NCBI GenBank assembly: GCA_965198115.1
Contig: OZ240241.1
Span: 4,704,001-4,768,000, forward strand
Direction: 5' to 3'
Source of the DNA: Candidatus Latescibacterota bacterium
GTDB lineage: Bacteria; Latescibacterota; UBA2968
DNA: 64,000 nucleotides
Shown here: piece after piece, positions 1 to 10,593 of the stretch
Numbering within the stretch: the first letter of the stretch is position 1
Layout: each line of letters starts with the position of its first letter
Notes under the pieces: generated by a model
Database searches by the model: none
The model's input: only the letters and a program-made list of their open reading frames with translations
Told to the model about the DNA's origin: nothing
Position numbers and translations under genes: made by a program

Positions 1-2
1 GG

Positions 3-722
3 GACATCGCGAGTGACGAAGAAGAGGCCTTCATCCTGACCGAAAAGGCAGCTCGTGCGTTCGGTTGGAACAACCAGAACGCCCTGGGAAAGACGCTCGG
101 CCTTCCTCTCCTCGAGAACCGGAACGGGAGACCGAGAGGCCGTGTGATCGGTGTGATCAAGGACTTCCACCTCAACCCGCTCTATCAAACCATGCAACCC
201 GTCGTCCTACTCATCTGGACCCGACAGCTCAGGCATATCTCCCTGCGCTATCGCGAAGGCGACCGTGATGCCGTCATCAAACACATCGAGAAAGTGTGGA
301 ACCGCCACGAAACGCTGCGTGAGCCAAACTATGACGACATCGAAGAAATACTGCAGTGGGACTACTGGCAGGAAAGGCAACTCATCAGTATGTCCCGAAT
401 CTTCGGGGTGGTCGCACTCGGCGTGGCCTGCATCGGGCTACTGGGGCTCACCGCGTTCTCGACCCATCAGCGACTCGCCGAAGTCGGGATTCGCAAGGTG
501 CTGGGCGGTCGCCCACTCGGCCTGGTCGCGCTCCTGACGAAAGAAGTGATCGCCCTCGTCGCCGTCGCCAACATGGTCGGGGTACCTTTCGGCTACTGGT
601 TGGTCACGAACTGGATGCAGGTCTTTCAGTATCGCGTCGCATTCAGCCCATTGACCGCTGGGTTCTATCAGACGCTGTCTGCGGTTAGGACGAATCCTGT
701 GGATGTGCTGCGCGCGGAGTGA
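3..722 (+). CDS. ABC transporter permease (MacB/FtsX family), 5'-truncated by window edge
   Basis: Frame is open from position 3; motifs VIGVIKDFH, IGLLGLTAF..QR..EVGIRKVLG and C-terminal NPVDVLRAE are typical of FtsX-like permeases. Confidence 0.9.
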   Translation, partial: DIASDEEEAFILTEKAARAFGWNNQNALGKTLGLPLLENRNGRPRGRVIGVIKDFHLNPLYQTMQPVVLLIWTRQLRHISLRYREGDRDAVIKHIEKVWNRHETLREPNYDDIEEILQWDYWQERQLISMSRIFGVVALGVACIGLLGLTAFSTHQRLAEVGIRKVLGGRPLGLVALLTKEVIALVAVANMVGVPFGYWLVTNWMQVFQYRVAFSPLTAGFYQTLSAVRTNPVDVLRAE

Positions 723-931
723 GATAGCAAACCAACGTACCCTCCTGATCTGGGCGGACTGGTCACAGCGTCGTGCGGAGCACGGGGATCAGCGAATGTG
801 AGGTCTGTCGTTGGGCCCGGTTTTACCGCCCCGCTAAGACCGGGCCCCCTGATCGTATCTGGTTCGGCAGATCCAAACCGATCAGCCGCTGCGATAGATG
901 ATGCCCTCGACGCGGCCGCCCGAGAAATCCA

Positions 932-1519
932 ATGACCATTGCGAATCTTCCGCTTAATACCGATCGACTGAGTTTACGAGAATTTAGAACGAGTGACGTG
1001 GACGGACTGTTCCGTCTCTACCGTCTCCCAGAGACATCTCGATATGAGAGCTGGAACTCTTTGGATAACGAGAGGGAGGCCTCGGAAATCGTTCAGTTTT
1101 GGATCCAGCAACAAAGTCAGGATCCCAGGAAAGGGTATACACTTGCTATCGAACTCAATGAGTCGGAGACGTTCATCGGACTGATCGGCTTGGATCGTGG
1201 GTTCGGTGTAGAGACGAGTGATCGGCGCACCGGCTTTGTTGGATTTCGACTTTTCCCGGTTTACTGGAATCGGGGCTATGCCACTGAGGCACTCGGTGCC
1301 GTGCTGACGTGGGGGTTCGAGTCCCTGGGTCTGCATCGAGTACACTCCGGCTGTGTCGCCGAAAACCTTGCGTCATCACGCGTACTGGAGAAGGCCGGGA
1401 TGCGACGTGAAGGAATCACGAGAAAAAGCTTCCCGATCGACGACGATTGGTATGACTATCACGTCTATTCCATCCTGAGTGAGGAGTTCGCTTTGGATAG
1501 GCGAGATGCCGACAGATAA
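932..1519 (+). CDS. GNAT N-acetyltransferase, RimJ/RimL family
   Basis: TDRLSLREF, YWNRGYATEA, N.AS.RVLEKAGM.REG motifs. Confidence 0.9.
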   Translation: MTIANLPLNTDRLSLREFRTSDVDGLFRLYRLPETSRYESWNSLDNEREASEIVQFWIQQQSQDPRKGYTLAIELNESETFIGLIGLDRGFGVETSDRRTGFVGFRLFPVYWNRGYATEALGAVLTWGFESLGLHRVHSGCVAENLASSRVLEKAGMRREGITRKSFPIDDDWYDYHVYSILSEEFALDRRDADR

Positions 1520-1706
1520 GCGGCAACCGAGCTTCCACGTCCTTCTCCCCCACCCCTCTCTTAGATGCCTGGCCCTAACCAGCGTAATTTCAGCGGTCTA
1601 ACTGTTGTCCTCTTCAGGCGTCAGTGGATTCTTGAGTCGTCTGTTCCATCCACAGACCTTGGACTAGGCCCGGGCCAACAGACAACTGTGGGCAGAGCGC
1701 GAAAAC

Positions 1707-3094
1707 GGTCAAGTCCCATAGTCAGTTGAAACTCATCGGGCTCCGTGGTATTCATGCTCTCTGCCGAGCATCTTGATTGTCGCCGAGATTCAGGTTGTTT
1801 TTCAGTGCTTGCCTGAGCAGCGGGAGGTGTTTGTATCCGCTCACGCGTCGCAGGCGTGGTTCGATGTCGAGGAGTGCGGCCGCGACCCATCTGTGTCGCT
1901 GAGGAGAGTTGTTCCAGCGGTTGACCTTCCGTATCAGGTTGCCGGTCATGCTGTTGAGCGCCTCGATGCAATTGGTGGTTCGGAAGCTTCGCTTCAAGAA
2001 CGGGAGCATCCCCAGCCGGTGGAGGGTCAGGGTTTCCTCCAGTCCTTCCTCGAGGCTTGCCACGGCAGACTGATTCATCAGCTTGAGTTCGGGTTTGAGT
2101 GATTCGAGTGCGGCCTTTGCCTCCTCGTAGGTGTCGCAGTCATAGGCTTTCTGAAGTTTCCGTCGAACTCTTGGACGTTCTGCCTCCGGGAGGTAGCTGA
2201 CGACGTTCTCGCGCTTGTGCCACTGACAGCGATGCACGCACACATCCCCTTTGAGGGCTTTGGTGACGGCACTGCGGAGTCCCTTTGAGCCGTCCAGCAC
2301 AACGAGAAGGCCCTGGTCGTAGCACAGGCCTCTCCGGATGAGATCCTGGATCAGCTGACGGCAGATCCGTTCGTTCTCCGTCGCCGATTCGACGAAGCCC
2401 AGGGGGATCTTCTGGCCGTCCGTCGTGACGCCCGGAGCGATCACGATCTCTTCGTCGGCAAAGCTCTTTCCGTCGATGAACAGGGCGACCAAGTCGTAGT
2501 CGTCGAGCGGTCGTTCCTGGAACTGCTTCAGCTTCTTTGCGGTGGCTTTGATGAACCGTCGCGAGACGGAGGATGCCGAAATTCCGAACGCTTCGGGTAC
2601 CGACTCTGCACAGGCTCTGTAGTTGCGACAGGAGATTCCCTTGAGCACACGAAGCAGCAGCTTCTCATCCATCGCTCTGGGCCTCTGCATCCCCCGGTAT
2701 GCGGCCAGAGAAACCTCCGTATCGGACTCGACGTCGCGCACACGGGGAACGGCCACCGGCAGCTTCTGGTCCATCAGATACACGGACCCTTTCTGGCTTC
2801 CCCATCGACGATGCGACTGCTCTGAACCCTTACGCGCATACCGAACGCCTGCGAGCTGCTCCACCTCCTGCTGGAGCACGTCGGCAACGGCCTCCAGACC
2901 CAGCGGAATCAGCGCCCGGATCACCGATAAACGCGTCTCCAAATCCATAACGTCTGACCCAACCTTGACTTCGCCATCCCCTGCAAATAGCTTCTCCATC
3001 GTGGGCTCCTTTCTTACGGGTACACGCTCTCACACGTCTACCCACAACGTAAGTTTGGAGCCCTTTAAGTTTCAACTAGGATAGGGACCTCACC
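1707..3094 (-). mobile_element. IS256-family insertion sequence (type A)
   Basis: Imperfect terminal IRs GGTCAAGTCCC..AGTTGAAACT / GGTGAGGTCCC..AGTTGAAACT; 8-bp target duplication GCGAAAAC at 1699-1706 and 3095-3102. Confidence 0.93.
1752..2999 (-). CDS. IS256-family (Mutator-like) DDE transposase
   Basis: LFIDG, VVLDG.KGL, RCQWHK, RTTNCIE motifs; 415 aa. Confidence 0.95.
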   Translation of the reverse strand: MEKLFAGDGEVKVGSDVMDLETRLSVIRALIPLGLEAVADVLQQEVEQLAGVRYARKGSEQSHRRWGSQKGSVYLMDQKLPVAVPRVRDVESDTEVSLAAYRGMQRPRAMDEKLLLRVLKGISCRNYRACAESVPEAFGISASSVSRRFIKATAKKLKQFQERPLDDYDLVALFIDGKSFADEEIVIAPGVTTDGQKIPLGFVESATENERICRQLIQDLIRRGLCYDQGLLVVLDGSKGLRSAVTKALKGDVCVHRCQWHKRENVVSYLPEAERPRVRRKLQKAYDCDTYEEAKAALESLKPELKLMNQSAVASLEEGLEETLTLHRLGMLPFLKRSFRTTNCIEALNSMTGNLIRKVNRWNNSPQRHRWVAAALLDIEPRLRRVSGYKHLPLLRQALKNNLNLGDNQDARQRA

Positions 3095-3281
3095 GCGAAA
3101 ACCTCTCGATTAAATAGCCCGGGAACGCTGTTTGCATTCCAAAGGCCATCCTGCCATTCCAGAGTATCCCAGACGTTGCGGATGAGCTATCCGCGCATTG
3201 TCAGCGGGGCCGATCGGTAATACACAATCTCGTTCTGGATGTGTATCATTCCGTCGACCCTACCCACTCTCTGATCAGGAG

Positions 3282-3641
3282 ATGGCGATGCAACAAGCCA
3301 AACAGCGCCTGGAACAGTGTCTCTCCAGGTTCCGCGCTGGCACCCTCACAGAACAGGATCTGGAGCAGGCTCTGAAGTGTCTGGACGAACCAACCTGCCA
3401 GCGTCTGCTCTACCTCCAGGCCAACAACACCTCCGTCACGTCACAAATCGAAGGCATGTCGCTCGTGGACGATGAAGGTGTACACGACGGCCCGGACAAC
3501 CCCGACGACTGGCCCTACCAGACGGTATACGAAGCCATGCAGGATGGCTGGCGTATCGTCGACTTTCCCGAAATGACGCTGATGCTCGTCGGCGAGGAAG
3601 AAACGCACGGTCTCGGATGTGAATTCATCCTCGAGAAGTAG
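3282..3641 (+). CDS. Conserved-looking hypothetical protein
   Basis: AGGAG before ATG 3282; C-terminal WPYQTVYEAMQDGWRIV..GLGCEFILEK; first gene of a co-oriented run. Confidence 0.7.
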   Translation: MAMQQAKQRLEQCLSRFRAGTLTEQDLEQALKCLDEPTCQRLLYLQANNTSVTSQIEGMSLVDDEGVHDGPDNPDDWPYQTVYEAMQDGWRIVDFPEMTLMLVGEEETHGLGCEFILEK

Positions 3642-3719
3642 GCGTTGCCTAATATGCACTATGTACACTGGTTCTCCTGAACCACCGAACACTGAACACC
3701 TCCAAAGAGGGCTCAAACT

Positions 3720-4571
3720 GTGGCCGACAGAACCTACGACTGCGAACCGACGTTGACAGATCGAGACGTTATCGAGTTCTGTCAGAATGGATTCCTCATC
3801 CTCGAGGGCGTCGTTCCCGACGATGTCAATCGAAAGACCCTGGACTTCGTCGACGAGCACCCCGTCCTCGAACCGGTCGAGATCCTGGAAGAGGACTGGT
3901 TCGTCGAGGGCGTCATCCTGAACCCGCAGGCGGCCGGTGCTGTCCGGTCGCTTCTGGGTGCAGACTTCAAGCTGCCCGCGATGTTGAGCAACCACCGCGT
4001 GGAGTGCCCAAGAACCATGACCGGCGGCTGGCACCGCGACGGCGGAGCGATCGAAACGACGCGGCTCGATTACTTGCAGGTCTTTTATTACCCCGCAGAT
4101 ACGCCCGTCGATAAGGGGCCGACCGAACTGGTACCCAGCTCACACTTGCTCCACGCCAAGCGTCGTTTCATGAGTCACTACGGCGGCATTCGAAAAGGCG
4201 TGCGGACCGCAGCGCCGGCCGGTTCGATCTTCATCACCCACTACTCGATCTGGCATCGAGCCGTAAGCTCCACCGCCAGTGGCATCCGCAACCTTCTCAA
4301 ATACAACTATTTTCGGACGACGCCCCCGAAGCGTGACTGGATCGTGGACCCATCCCTCGACTTCGCGAATGTGAGTTTCCGGCCGGAGGTCTCCGTGTTC
4401 GAGAAATGGTACGACTCGATCCAAGTCGCCCGCCTCTTCCAGTGGCTGTGCGGCCTGGGTGGCGATTTCGAATTCAAGGGCGGCCAGTCGTGGCCCGTCA
4501 CGGCTGGAGGCGCCCGCACCTCTCACGAAGGCATGCCTTCGGCCCTTGCCCCTTCCCAACGCGAACAATGA
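3720..4571 (+). CDS. Phytanoyl-CoA dioxygenase (PhyH) family Fe(II)/2OG oxygenase
   Basis: F.QNGFLIL, WHRD, GPTELVPSSH, distal WHR motifs. Confidence 0.88.
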   Translation: MADRTYDCEPTLTDRDVIEFCQNGFLILEGVVPDDVNRKTLDFVDEHPVLEPVEILEEDWFVEGVILNPQAAGAVRSLLGADFKLPAMLSNHRVECPRTMTGGWHRDGGAIETTRLDYLQVFYYPADTPVDKGPTELVPSSHLLHAKRRFMSHYGGIRKGVRTAAPAGSIFITHYSIWHRAVSSTASGIRNLLKYNYFRTTPPKRDWIVDPSLDFANVSFRPEVSVFEKWYDSIQVARLFQWLCGLGGDFEFKGGQSWPVTAGGARTSHEGMPSALAPSQREQ

Positions 4572-5392
4572 CCAAACCCGTCTACTTCGTCCACATCAGC
4601 GATTCGCACCTCGGGTCGGATCCCGAGTTCGAATACAAGAGCCGGCATCCCTACCCGAACGCCACGAAACTGGTGGCCGCGATCAGAGCGTTGCCGATCT
4701 CGCCCGACTTCGTGATGCACACCGGCGACGTCGCCAATGGTCGTCGCTCGACGTTGGGCGCCCCTCCAGCCTATCGGCTGGCCGAAGAGATTTTCGGGAC
4801 GCTGGATTTGCCTATCTACTACGCGGTCGGCAATCACGACGATCCCGCGGAGATTCTGAAGTTGAGGATGGGTGAGAAAACCTCCGTGATGGAAGCCGAC
4901 GAACCAATCGTATCCTACGCTTTCCAGGTAGAAGACGAGCGATTCGTCGTCATTCACTCACAGGGTCCTCACGAGGAAGTTGGAGGTGGAGGTCGGCTTC
5001 CCGAGGGGCAGTTGGCGTATCTGGAGGATCAGCTGACGGATGGTGTCCGCACGACCATTTTCATCCACCACTGCCCGCTCGATTTGGATTCGGAATGGTT
5101 CCGTGATCGCGTCGATATGGCCGACGGGATCGAGCTTCATCGAATGTTGATAAGCCATCGTGATACGGTTCGAGCTGTTTTCTTCGGCCACATCCACCGA
5201 GGTGTCCAGATCATCAGAGATGGCATTCACTACTGTAGCGTCGGAAGCCCCTTTATGGGTCTCAACTACTGGCCAGAAGTGGATGAAACGGATGTGGACC
5301 TGGCGCTGCCCCTTCCTTACAACCTCGTGACGCTCACCGGAGACGCAACCATCGTCAAGGAACACTCCGTGCCCCATACAGAGGCTGAATGA
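4568..5392 (+). CDS. Calcineurin-like metallophosphoesterase (CpdA/Icc-like)
   Basis: HISDSH, HTGDV, GNHD, HH, GHIH motifs; ATG 4568 overlaps the upstream stop (ATGA). Confidence 0.9.
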   Translation: MTKPVYFVHISDSHLGSDPEFEYKSRHPYPNATKLVAAIRALPISPDFVMHTGDVANGRRSTLGAPPAYRLAEEIFGTLDLPIYYAVGNHDDPAEILKLRMGEKTSVMEADEPIVSYAFQVEDERFVVIHSQGPHEEVGGGGRLPEGQLAYLEDQLTDGVRTTIFIHHCPLDLDSEWFRDRVDMADGIELHRMLISHRDTVRAVFFGHIHRGVQIIRDGIHYCSVGSPFMGLNYWPEVDETDVDLALPLPYNLVTLTGDATIVKEHSVPHTEAE

Positions 5393-6446
5393 CACGCAAA
5401 GACACAGCCAAATTCTGGAGCAGAGCCTTTATGGCCGATGAAGAGCGACCATTGAAGGCGGCTGAAGAAGACCTCATCGCGGTCACAGTCACGCGTGGGG
5501 AATCCCGTTGGGACGGGACGTGCGATGTGGCCCGAATGGGGGCCCTCGTCGATCAGAACGCCAGCGTGCTCGACACCATCGGTCCGGCGCTCGTCAACAT
5601 CACGAGCTCCACACGCGGGTGCGTTGACGCATTGCGATTCCTGCTCGAACGGGATGTGCCGTTCCTGATCGAAGAATACCGTGCAAAGGAAGGGAAGCAG
5701 TACGAGTACGACGTGATGCACGAAGCGTCCTGGGCTGGTTGCGTCGATAACCTGCGTGTGCTGTTCGAGTCAGGCGTAGCGGATGCGACGGGCACCGCGA
5801 ACCCACACACCGGTTGGCCCGACAACGTGACGCTGCTCTACTGGCCGGCCGTCTTCGGAACGGCTAACCAGCGCGATGGGGTGAGGATGACGGAGTTGCT
5901 GCTCGAGCACGGTGCAGATCCGGAGATTCGGATCAAGGGCAACGGAGAGCGCGGGAATACCGTCCTCCAGGAGGCCGTCTCACCCGGAGCCGACCCGCAT
6001 TGGACGGATGGCAAGCGGGAGGTGGCGAAGGTCCTGCTCACGAGTGGCGCACACTACGATGTCTTCTCGGCGTGCGCGTTGGATGACACCGACCGACTGC
6101 TCGAACGCGTTGAGGAAGATCCCGATGTCGCCACATCACTCGGTGAAGCCGATACGACGCCGCTCCACTGGGCAGGACGGGCAGGGTCGCTCTCGTGCGC
6201 AGAGTGGCTGTTGAACCACGGGGCCCAGGTCAACACTCGCACGAAAGCCAAACGCACGGCGCTGCACCTCGCGGCGGAAAACGACGCGGCAGAGGCGATC
6301 GAACTGCTGGCTGAACACAACGCCGATCTGGATGTGCAGGACACCAAGGGCCGCACCCCTCTCCATCGCGCCACCTACCAGGGCCAGGTCAATGCAGCAG
6401 AGGCGCTCATCGGTCTCGGGGCCGATACAGAAATCGAAATGAAATC

Positions 6447-7820
6447 GAGCTCAGGTCAATAGGTGTGTAAAAGAAATCAGGCGGCCATCTTCCCGGCTTC
6501 GACCTGCGGTCCGGTTGAGTGTTTCTGATCGTAGACTTGTTGTAGCAAGTGTGGCGCGGTGAGTTTCCTGAATCGGCTCTCTGCGACCTTGAGCGTACGC
6601 CAGATGAGAGTCGTGGCGTTCCTGACTTTCTTGAATCGCCTGGCGGCGTTTGTGCGAAGCCGAACGGAAGCAAAGGGGCTCTCGACGACGTTCGTGGTTC
6701 TCAGGTGTTTCCAGTGTTCCTTCGGGAAGTCGTAGAACGTGACCATCCGATCCCAGTCTCTTTCGAGCGTCTCCACGGCGGCAGGGAACTGTGAGCGATA
6801 CCGTGCGGCAAAGCGTTTCCGGAGCTTCTCGGCCTCCTTTTTCGTGCCGGCATAGGGGATCTGGACGAGCAGTGCGCGGGCTTCAGCCTGTGCACGCTTG
6901 GCGACCTTGTCGAGCACGTTGAGGATCTTGTGGTTCCAGCACCGTTGTTGCCGGCTCTCTGGCCAGACCTGATCAACGGCCGCCCAGATGCCCATATTCC
7001 CGTCCGCGGCGATCAGGACAGGATGTTCGAGCCCGCGATCCCGGAGATCCCGGAGCACCGTGAGCCAGGATTCTGTAGACTCTCGATAACCGGGTTCTAT
7101 CGCCAGGATCTCCTTGCTGCCGTCGCTCATCGCGCCGATCACGACCAGCAGACACGCCTTCTCGCGCTCGAGCCCGGCTTTGACGTAGATGCCATCAGCC
7201 CAGGCGTAGACCAGTTCGCGATTATCCAGACGCCTTTCTTTCCAGTCCTGGAAGTCGACCTCCCACTTCCCTCGAAGACGAGCGATCGAGGTCGGCGAAA
7301 GCGGCGCGCCATCACCGAGCAGCGCACGCAAAGACAACTCGAAGTCGCCCTGGGAGAGACCGTGGAGATAAAGGTCGGGAAGCAGATCTCCAATGGCCCT
7401 GGTTCTCCGGGCGAACAGGGGGAGGATGCGGCTTTCAAACCGCTCTTCCAGACCACGAACCCGGGGACGCCGGACCTTGATCGTTCCGCAGCTCGTCGAG
7501 AGACGCCGGGGCTTGCCGTAGCCGTTCCTGTAGCCCCTGGAGCTATCGACCTCGGCTCGGCGCTCATACCACGACCGGCCCAAAAACGCGGTCGCCTCCT
7601 CCTCCAGAATGGACTGGAACCGGCCCTGGATCTCTTCACGGATCCAATCGTCAACCGTCTCCCACGTCGGCATGGACTTCAATGGGGCTCTATGCGTATG
7701 TTCCTTCACGGCGATCCTCCTTCCCAACCGGGCCTCTCACCCGGTTTTGTGTGAATCAACTATCTCACGGGAAGGGTAGGGTCGCCCTTTCTCTTTTTCC
7801 ACACCTTTTGATTATAGCTC
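6447..7820 (-). mobile_element. IS256-family insertion sequence (type B)
   Basis: IRs GAGCTCAGGTCAATAGGTGTG / GAGCTATAATCAAAAGGTGTG; 8-bp duplication ATGAAATC at 6439-6446 and 7821-7828. Confidence 0.93.
6477..7727 (-). CDS. IS256-family transposase
   Basis: GYRNGY, WADGIY, ADG, QRCWNHK, LRTTNVVES motifs; 416 aa. Confidence 0.95.
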   Translation of the reverse strand: MGRRIAVKEHTHRAPLKSMPTWETVDDWIREEIQGRFQSILEEEATAFLGRSWYERRAEVDSSRGYRNGYGKPRRLSTSCGTIKVRRPRVRGLEERFESRILPLFARRTRAIGDLLPDLYLHGLSQGDFELSLRALLGDGAPLSPTSIARLRGKWEVDFQDWKERRLDNRELVYAWADGIYVKAGLEREKACLLVVIGAMSDGSKEILAIEPGYRESTESWLTVLRDLRDRGLEHPVLIAADGNMGIWAAVDQVWPESRQQRCWNHKILNVLDKVAKRAQAEARALLVQIPYAGTKKEAEKLRKRFAARYRSQFPAAVETLERDWDRMVTFYDFPKEHWKHLRTTNVVESPFASVRLRTNAARRFKKVRNATTLIWRTLKVAESRFRKLTAPHLLQQVYDQKHSTGPQVEAGKMAA

Positions 7821-7905
7821 ATGAAATCGGGTAAGAATCCACTGGAAATCGCTCGCAAGGACTGCAAGTACCTCAAGCCCTAGTAGGGTCACTGCCAACT
7901 GATTT

Positions 7906-8274
7906 TCACTCGATATCCTGCCCCACCACGATTTCCAGTCCGTTACAGTCCACGACTGTAAAATCCCGGACCCCATAGTCGCGATCCTGGATGTCGGACT
8001 CGATAGTGGCACCCGATTCTCTGAACTGCGAGAGCATCTCATTCGCGTTCTTCACCCACAGGAAGAGCCTCACGCCTGTCGCAGGGTCATCGCTTCGCAC
8101 AAAATGCAAGGCTGCATTATCTCGCCACACCACGCAATAGCGATCTGACCCATAGTCGTACTCGAAGCCAAGTACGTCTCGATAGTACTCAGCTGTTACC
8201 CGAGGGTCCTGGACCTGGATGATCGGCGCCCCCTGAATGACCTGTTTCACGTCGGATTTCGGTGGCTCTGGCAT
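7906..8274 (-). CDS. VOC (glyoxalase/bleomycin resistance) family protein
   Basis: YYRDVLGF and YGVRDFTVVDCNG motifs. Confidence 0.85.
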   Translation of the reverse strand: MPEPPKSDVKQVIQGAPIIQVQDPRVTAEYYRDVLGFEYDYGSDRYCVVWRDNAALHFVRSDDPATGVRLFLWVKNANEMLSQFRESGATIESDIQDRDYGVRDFTVVDCNGLEIVVGQDIE

Positions 8275-9319
8275 CTTCTTTCTCTTGAGCTATTTTGATA
8301 TGCGGCGAGAGCTTCTTAATGAACTCCATAGCCAAGCGACGTGAAAGATACTTCAAACGGAGCACCGACCTCGCGCAGATAGACACACCGACCCTCCTCT
8401 CTCACTTGAGATGGCGCAAGGGCTCGCGCGTATGGGGCGGCAACCAGGTGCTGGAACTGGCCGGCACAAGGTTCTTCGTAAAGAAGCTGCCCATCACCGA
8501 CCGTGAGTATGATAACGCCTTCTCCACCCGCAATCTTTATCAGCTTCCTACCTATTACAACTACGGCGTTGGCTCCGTCGGGTTCAGTCCATTCCGCGAG
8601 ATCTCCGCACACATCAAAACGACGAACTGGGTGCTCGACGGGGCGATCGAGAACTTTCCGCTGATGTATCACTACCGCATCGTCCCATCGTCTTACAAAG
8701 ACCCAGGTATGAACCGGAAGAATCTCGATGGCTATGTAAAATACTGGAACGGAAGCAAGCGCGTCGGGAGATACATCCAGGAAAGATCGAAGGCACGACA
8801 CGAAATCTATGTCTTCCTCGAGTTCGTCCCTCGCTCGCTCAGTAGGTGGTTGGGAAACCATCTCTCCGAAACGCCCAGCGTGATCGATCAGATGAAGCGA
8901 ATCCACGCATTCTTGCGCGATCGTGGCATCGTCCATTTCGACAGCCACCACAGCAACATTGTGACAGACGGGCATCGCGTCTATCTGACGGATTTCGGAC
9001 TCGTCTCGGACAAGACCCTCGATCTGAATGACGCCGAGCGCGCCCTCCTGAAGGATAACAGGTTCTACGACTGCGGGGAGTTTTTGGCCGGTTTGGGCAG
9101 ATACGTCATTCAGAGGTATGAGAACTTGACGGGACCCGTGAGGGCGCAGTTGGAGCGTCACTACGGGATGGAGGGAGAGACGCCCAGAAACCAGCGCGAC
9201 ATCATTAGGAACAACCTTAAAGAGATCTGCGAACGGGGGTGGTTGGATCTACCTCCAGCGCCCCGGGGTTTTCTTGGACACTCCGTTGACCTACAGTAGG
9301 TCGAAAAGGAGGGTCCACC

Positions 9320-9703
9320 ATGAACAAGGCTACCAGGGGATCGGTTGGGGCGGAGCGAGCGAGAGCGAGCGGAGGCCCAGCCGATCCAAGCGCGACTTCG
9401 CAGGGTCGTTTCTCCGTGAAGAAGAAGGCCGAAGCCGTATTACGTGTGATGCGTGGCGAGAGCCTCGACAGCGTCTCTCGCGATCTGGGAGTAACGGCAG
9501 CTAAATTGAGCGAGTGGCGCGATCAGTTCCACTCTGGCGCCCAGGCCGCACTACGCTCTCGTCCGAGCGACGAGCGTGACGAGAGGGTCAAGGACCTCCA
9601 GGCGAAGATTGGCGAGCTCACGATGGACAACGAGCTGCTGCAACAAAGAATCGATCGTCTGGAAGCCCGCCGCCCTTTGGCGCATCGGAGGTCGCGGAAA
9701 TGA
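9320..9703 (+). CDS. Transposase OrfA (HTH + leucine zipper)
   Basis: HTH (SLDSVSRDLGV..LSEWR) and LQAKIGELTMDNELL; AAGGAGG RBS. Confidence 0.9.
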   Translation: MNKATRGSVGAERARASGGPADPSATSQGRFSVKKKAEAVLRVMRGESLDSVSRDLGVTAAKLSEWRDQFHSGAQAALRSRPSDERDERVKDLQAKIGELTMDNELLQQRIDRLEARRPLAHRRSRK

Positions 9704-10593
9704 GTGAGGTCCTTTCGCCCTCCACGGGGAGACGCTACAGCATTAAACGCGTGTGCAAAGTGTTGCAGATACCCCGTTCCACGGTGCACAGCCAGCTTCG
9801 TCGTTCATCCGTAACCGATCTTCGGCAACCCCGGAAGCGAGGCCCGGTCGGAGCGGGTACCGATGAGGAATTGGTCTCCCTCATTCAGCAGGAGATCGAC
9901 GCGTCACCCTTCCACGGCGAAGGATACCGCAAGATCTGGGCCAGGCTTCGCTTTCACGGTATGCGGACGTCAAAGGATCGGGTCCGCCGGTTGATGCGTG
10001 AAAACGGGCTCCAGGCGCGTCCAGGACGGCGTCGCGAACGACGAGCCCACGATGGCACGATTACGACCGAGAAGCCCGATCAGATGTGGGGCACCGACCT
10101 GACTGTGACGCCCACGGTCGACGAGGGCAGAGCCTCCGTGTTTATCGCGATCGACCACTGCACGTGCGAGTGTGTGGGCATTCACGCCTCCAAGACGGCC
10201 AACCGCTTTGAGGCTCTCGAGCCGATCCGACAGGGCATCCGTGAACACTTCGGGGGCTTCGAAGAAAACATCGCCGAAGGACTGGAGCTCCGACACGATC
10301 ACGGGTCACAATACGTCTCTGACGACTTCCAGAACGAGATCGCATTCCTCGGCGTCCAAACATCGCCGAGTTTCGTGCGTGAGCCAGAAGGCAACGGATG
10401 CGCCGAGCGGTTCATCCGTACCCTCAAAGAAAACCTCCTGTGGGTTAGACACTTCAGTACCATCGAAGACCTGCGCCTCGCACTCCTTGAGTTTCGGGAC
10501 AGATACAACCACAGGTGGATCATCGAACGTCACGGCTACAAGACGCCCGAACAGGCTAGAAACGCACTCACGGCAACTCGAAAGGCCGCCTGA
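9700..10593 (+). CDS. Transposase OrfB (rve integrase DDE)
   Basis: GYRKIWARL, WGTD, HDHGSQY, NGCAERF motifs; ATGA overlap with orfA. Confidence 0.93.
   Translation: MSEVLSPSTGRRYSIKRVCKVLQIPRSTVHSQLRRSSVTDLRQPRKRGPVGAGTDEELVSLIQQEIDASPFHGEGYRKIWARLRFHGMRTSKDRVRRLMRENGLQARPGRRRERRAHDGTITTEKPDQMWGTDLTVTPTVDEGRASVFIAIDHCTCECVGIHASKTANRFEALEPIRQGIREHFGGFEENIAEGLELRHDHGSQYVSDDFQNEIAFLGVQTSPSFVREPEGNGCAERFIRTLKENLLWVRHFSTIEDLRLALLEFRDRYNHRWIIERHGYKTPEQARNALTATRKAA

Larger units (their letters stand above)
5389..7883 (+). pseudogene. Ankyrin-repeat protein, last ~18 codons separated by an IS256 insertion
   Basis: TPLHWA, TALHLAA, TPLHRA repeats; removing 6447-7820 plus one target copy restores ..GADTEIEMKSGKNPLEIARKDCKYLKP* (stop 7881-7883). 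Confidence 0.88.

Noticed and set aside
640-680. Apparently missing last transmembrane helix in the permease
   Set aside because: Cannot separate a real deletion from assembly error or family variation without an alignment.
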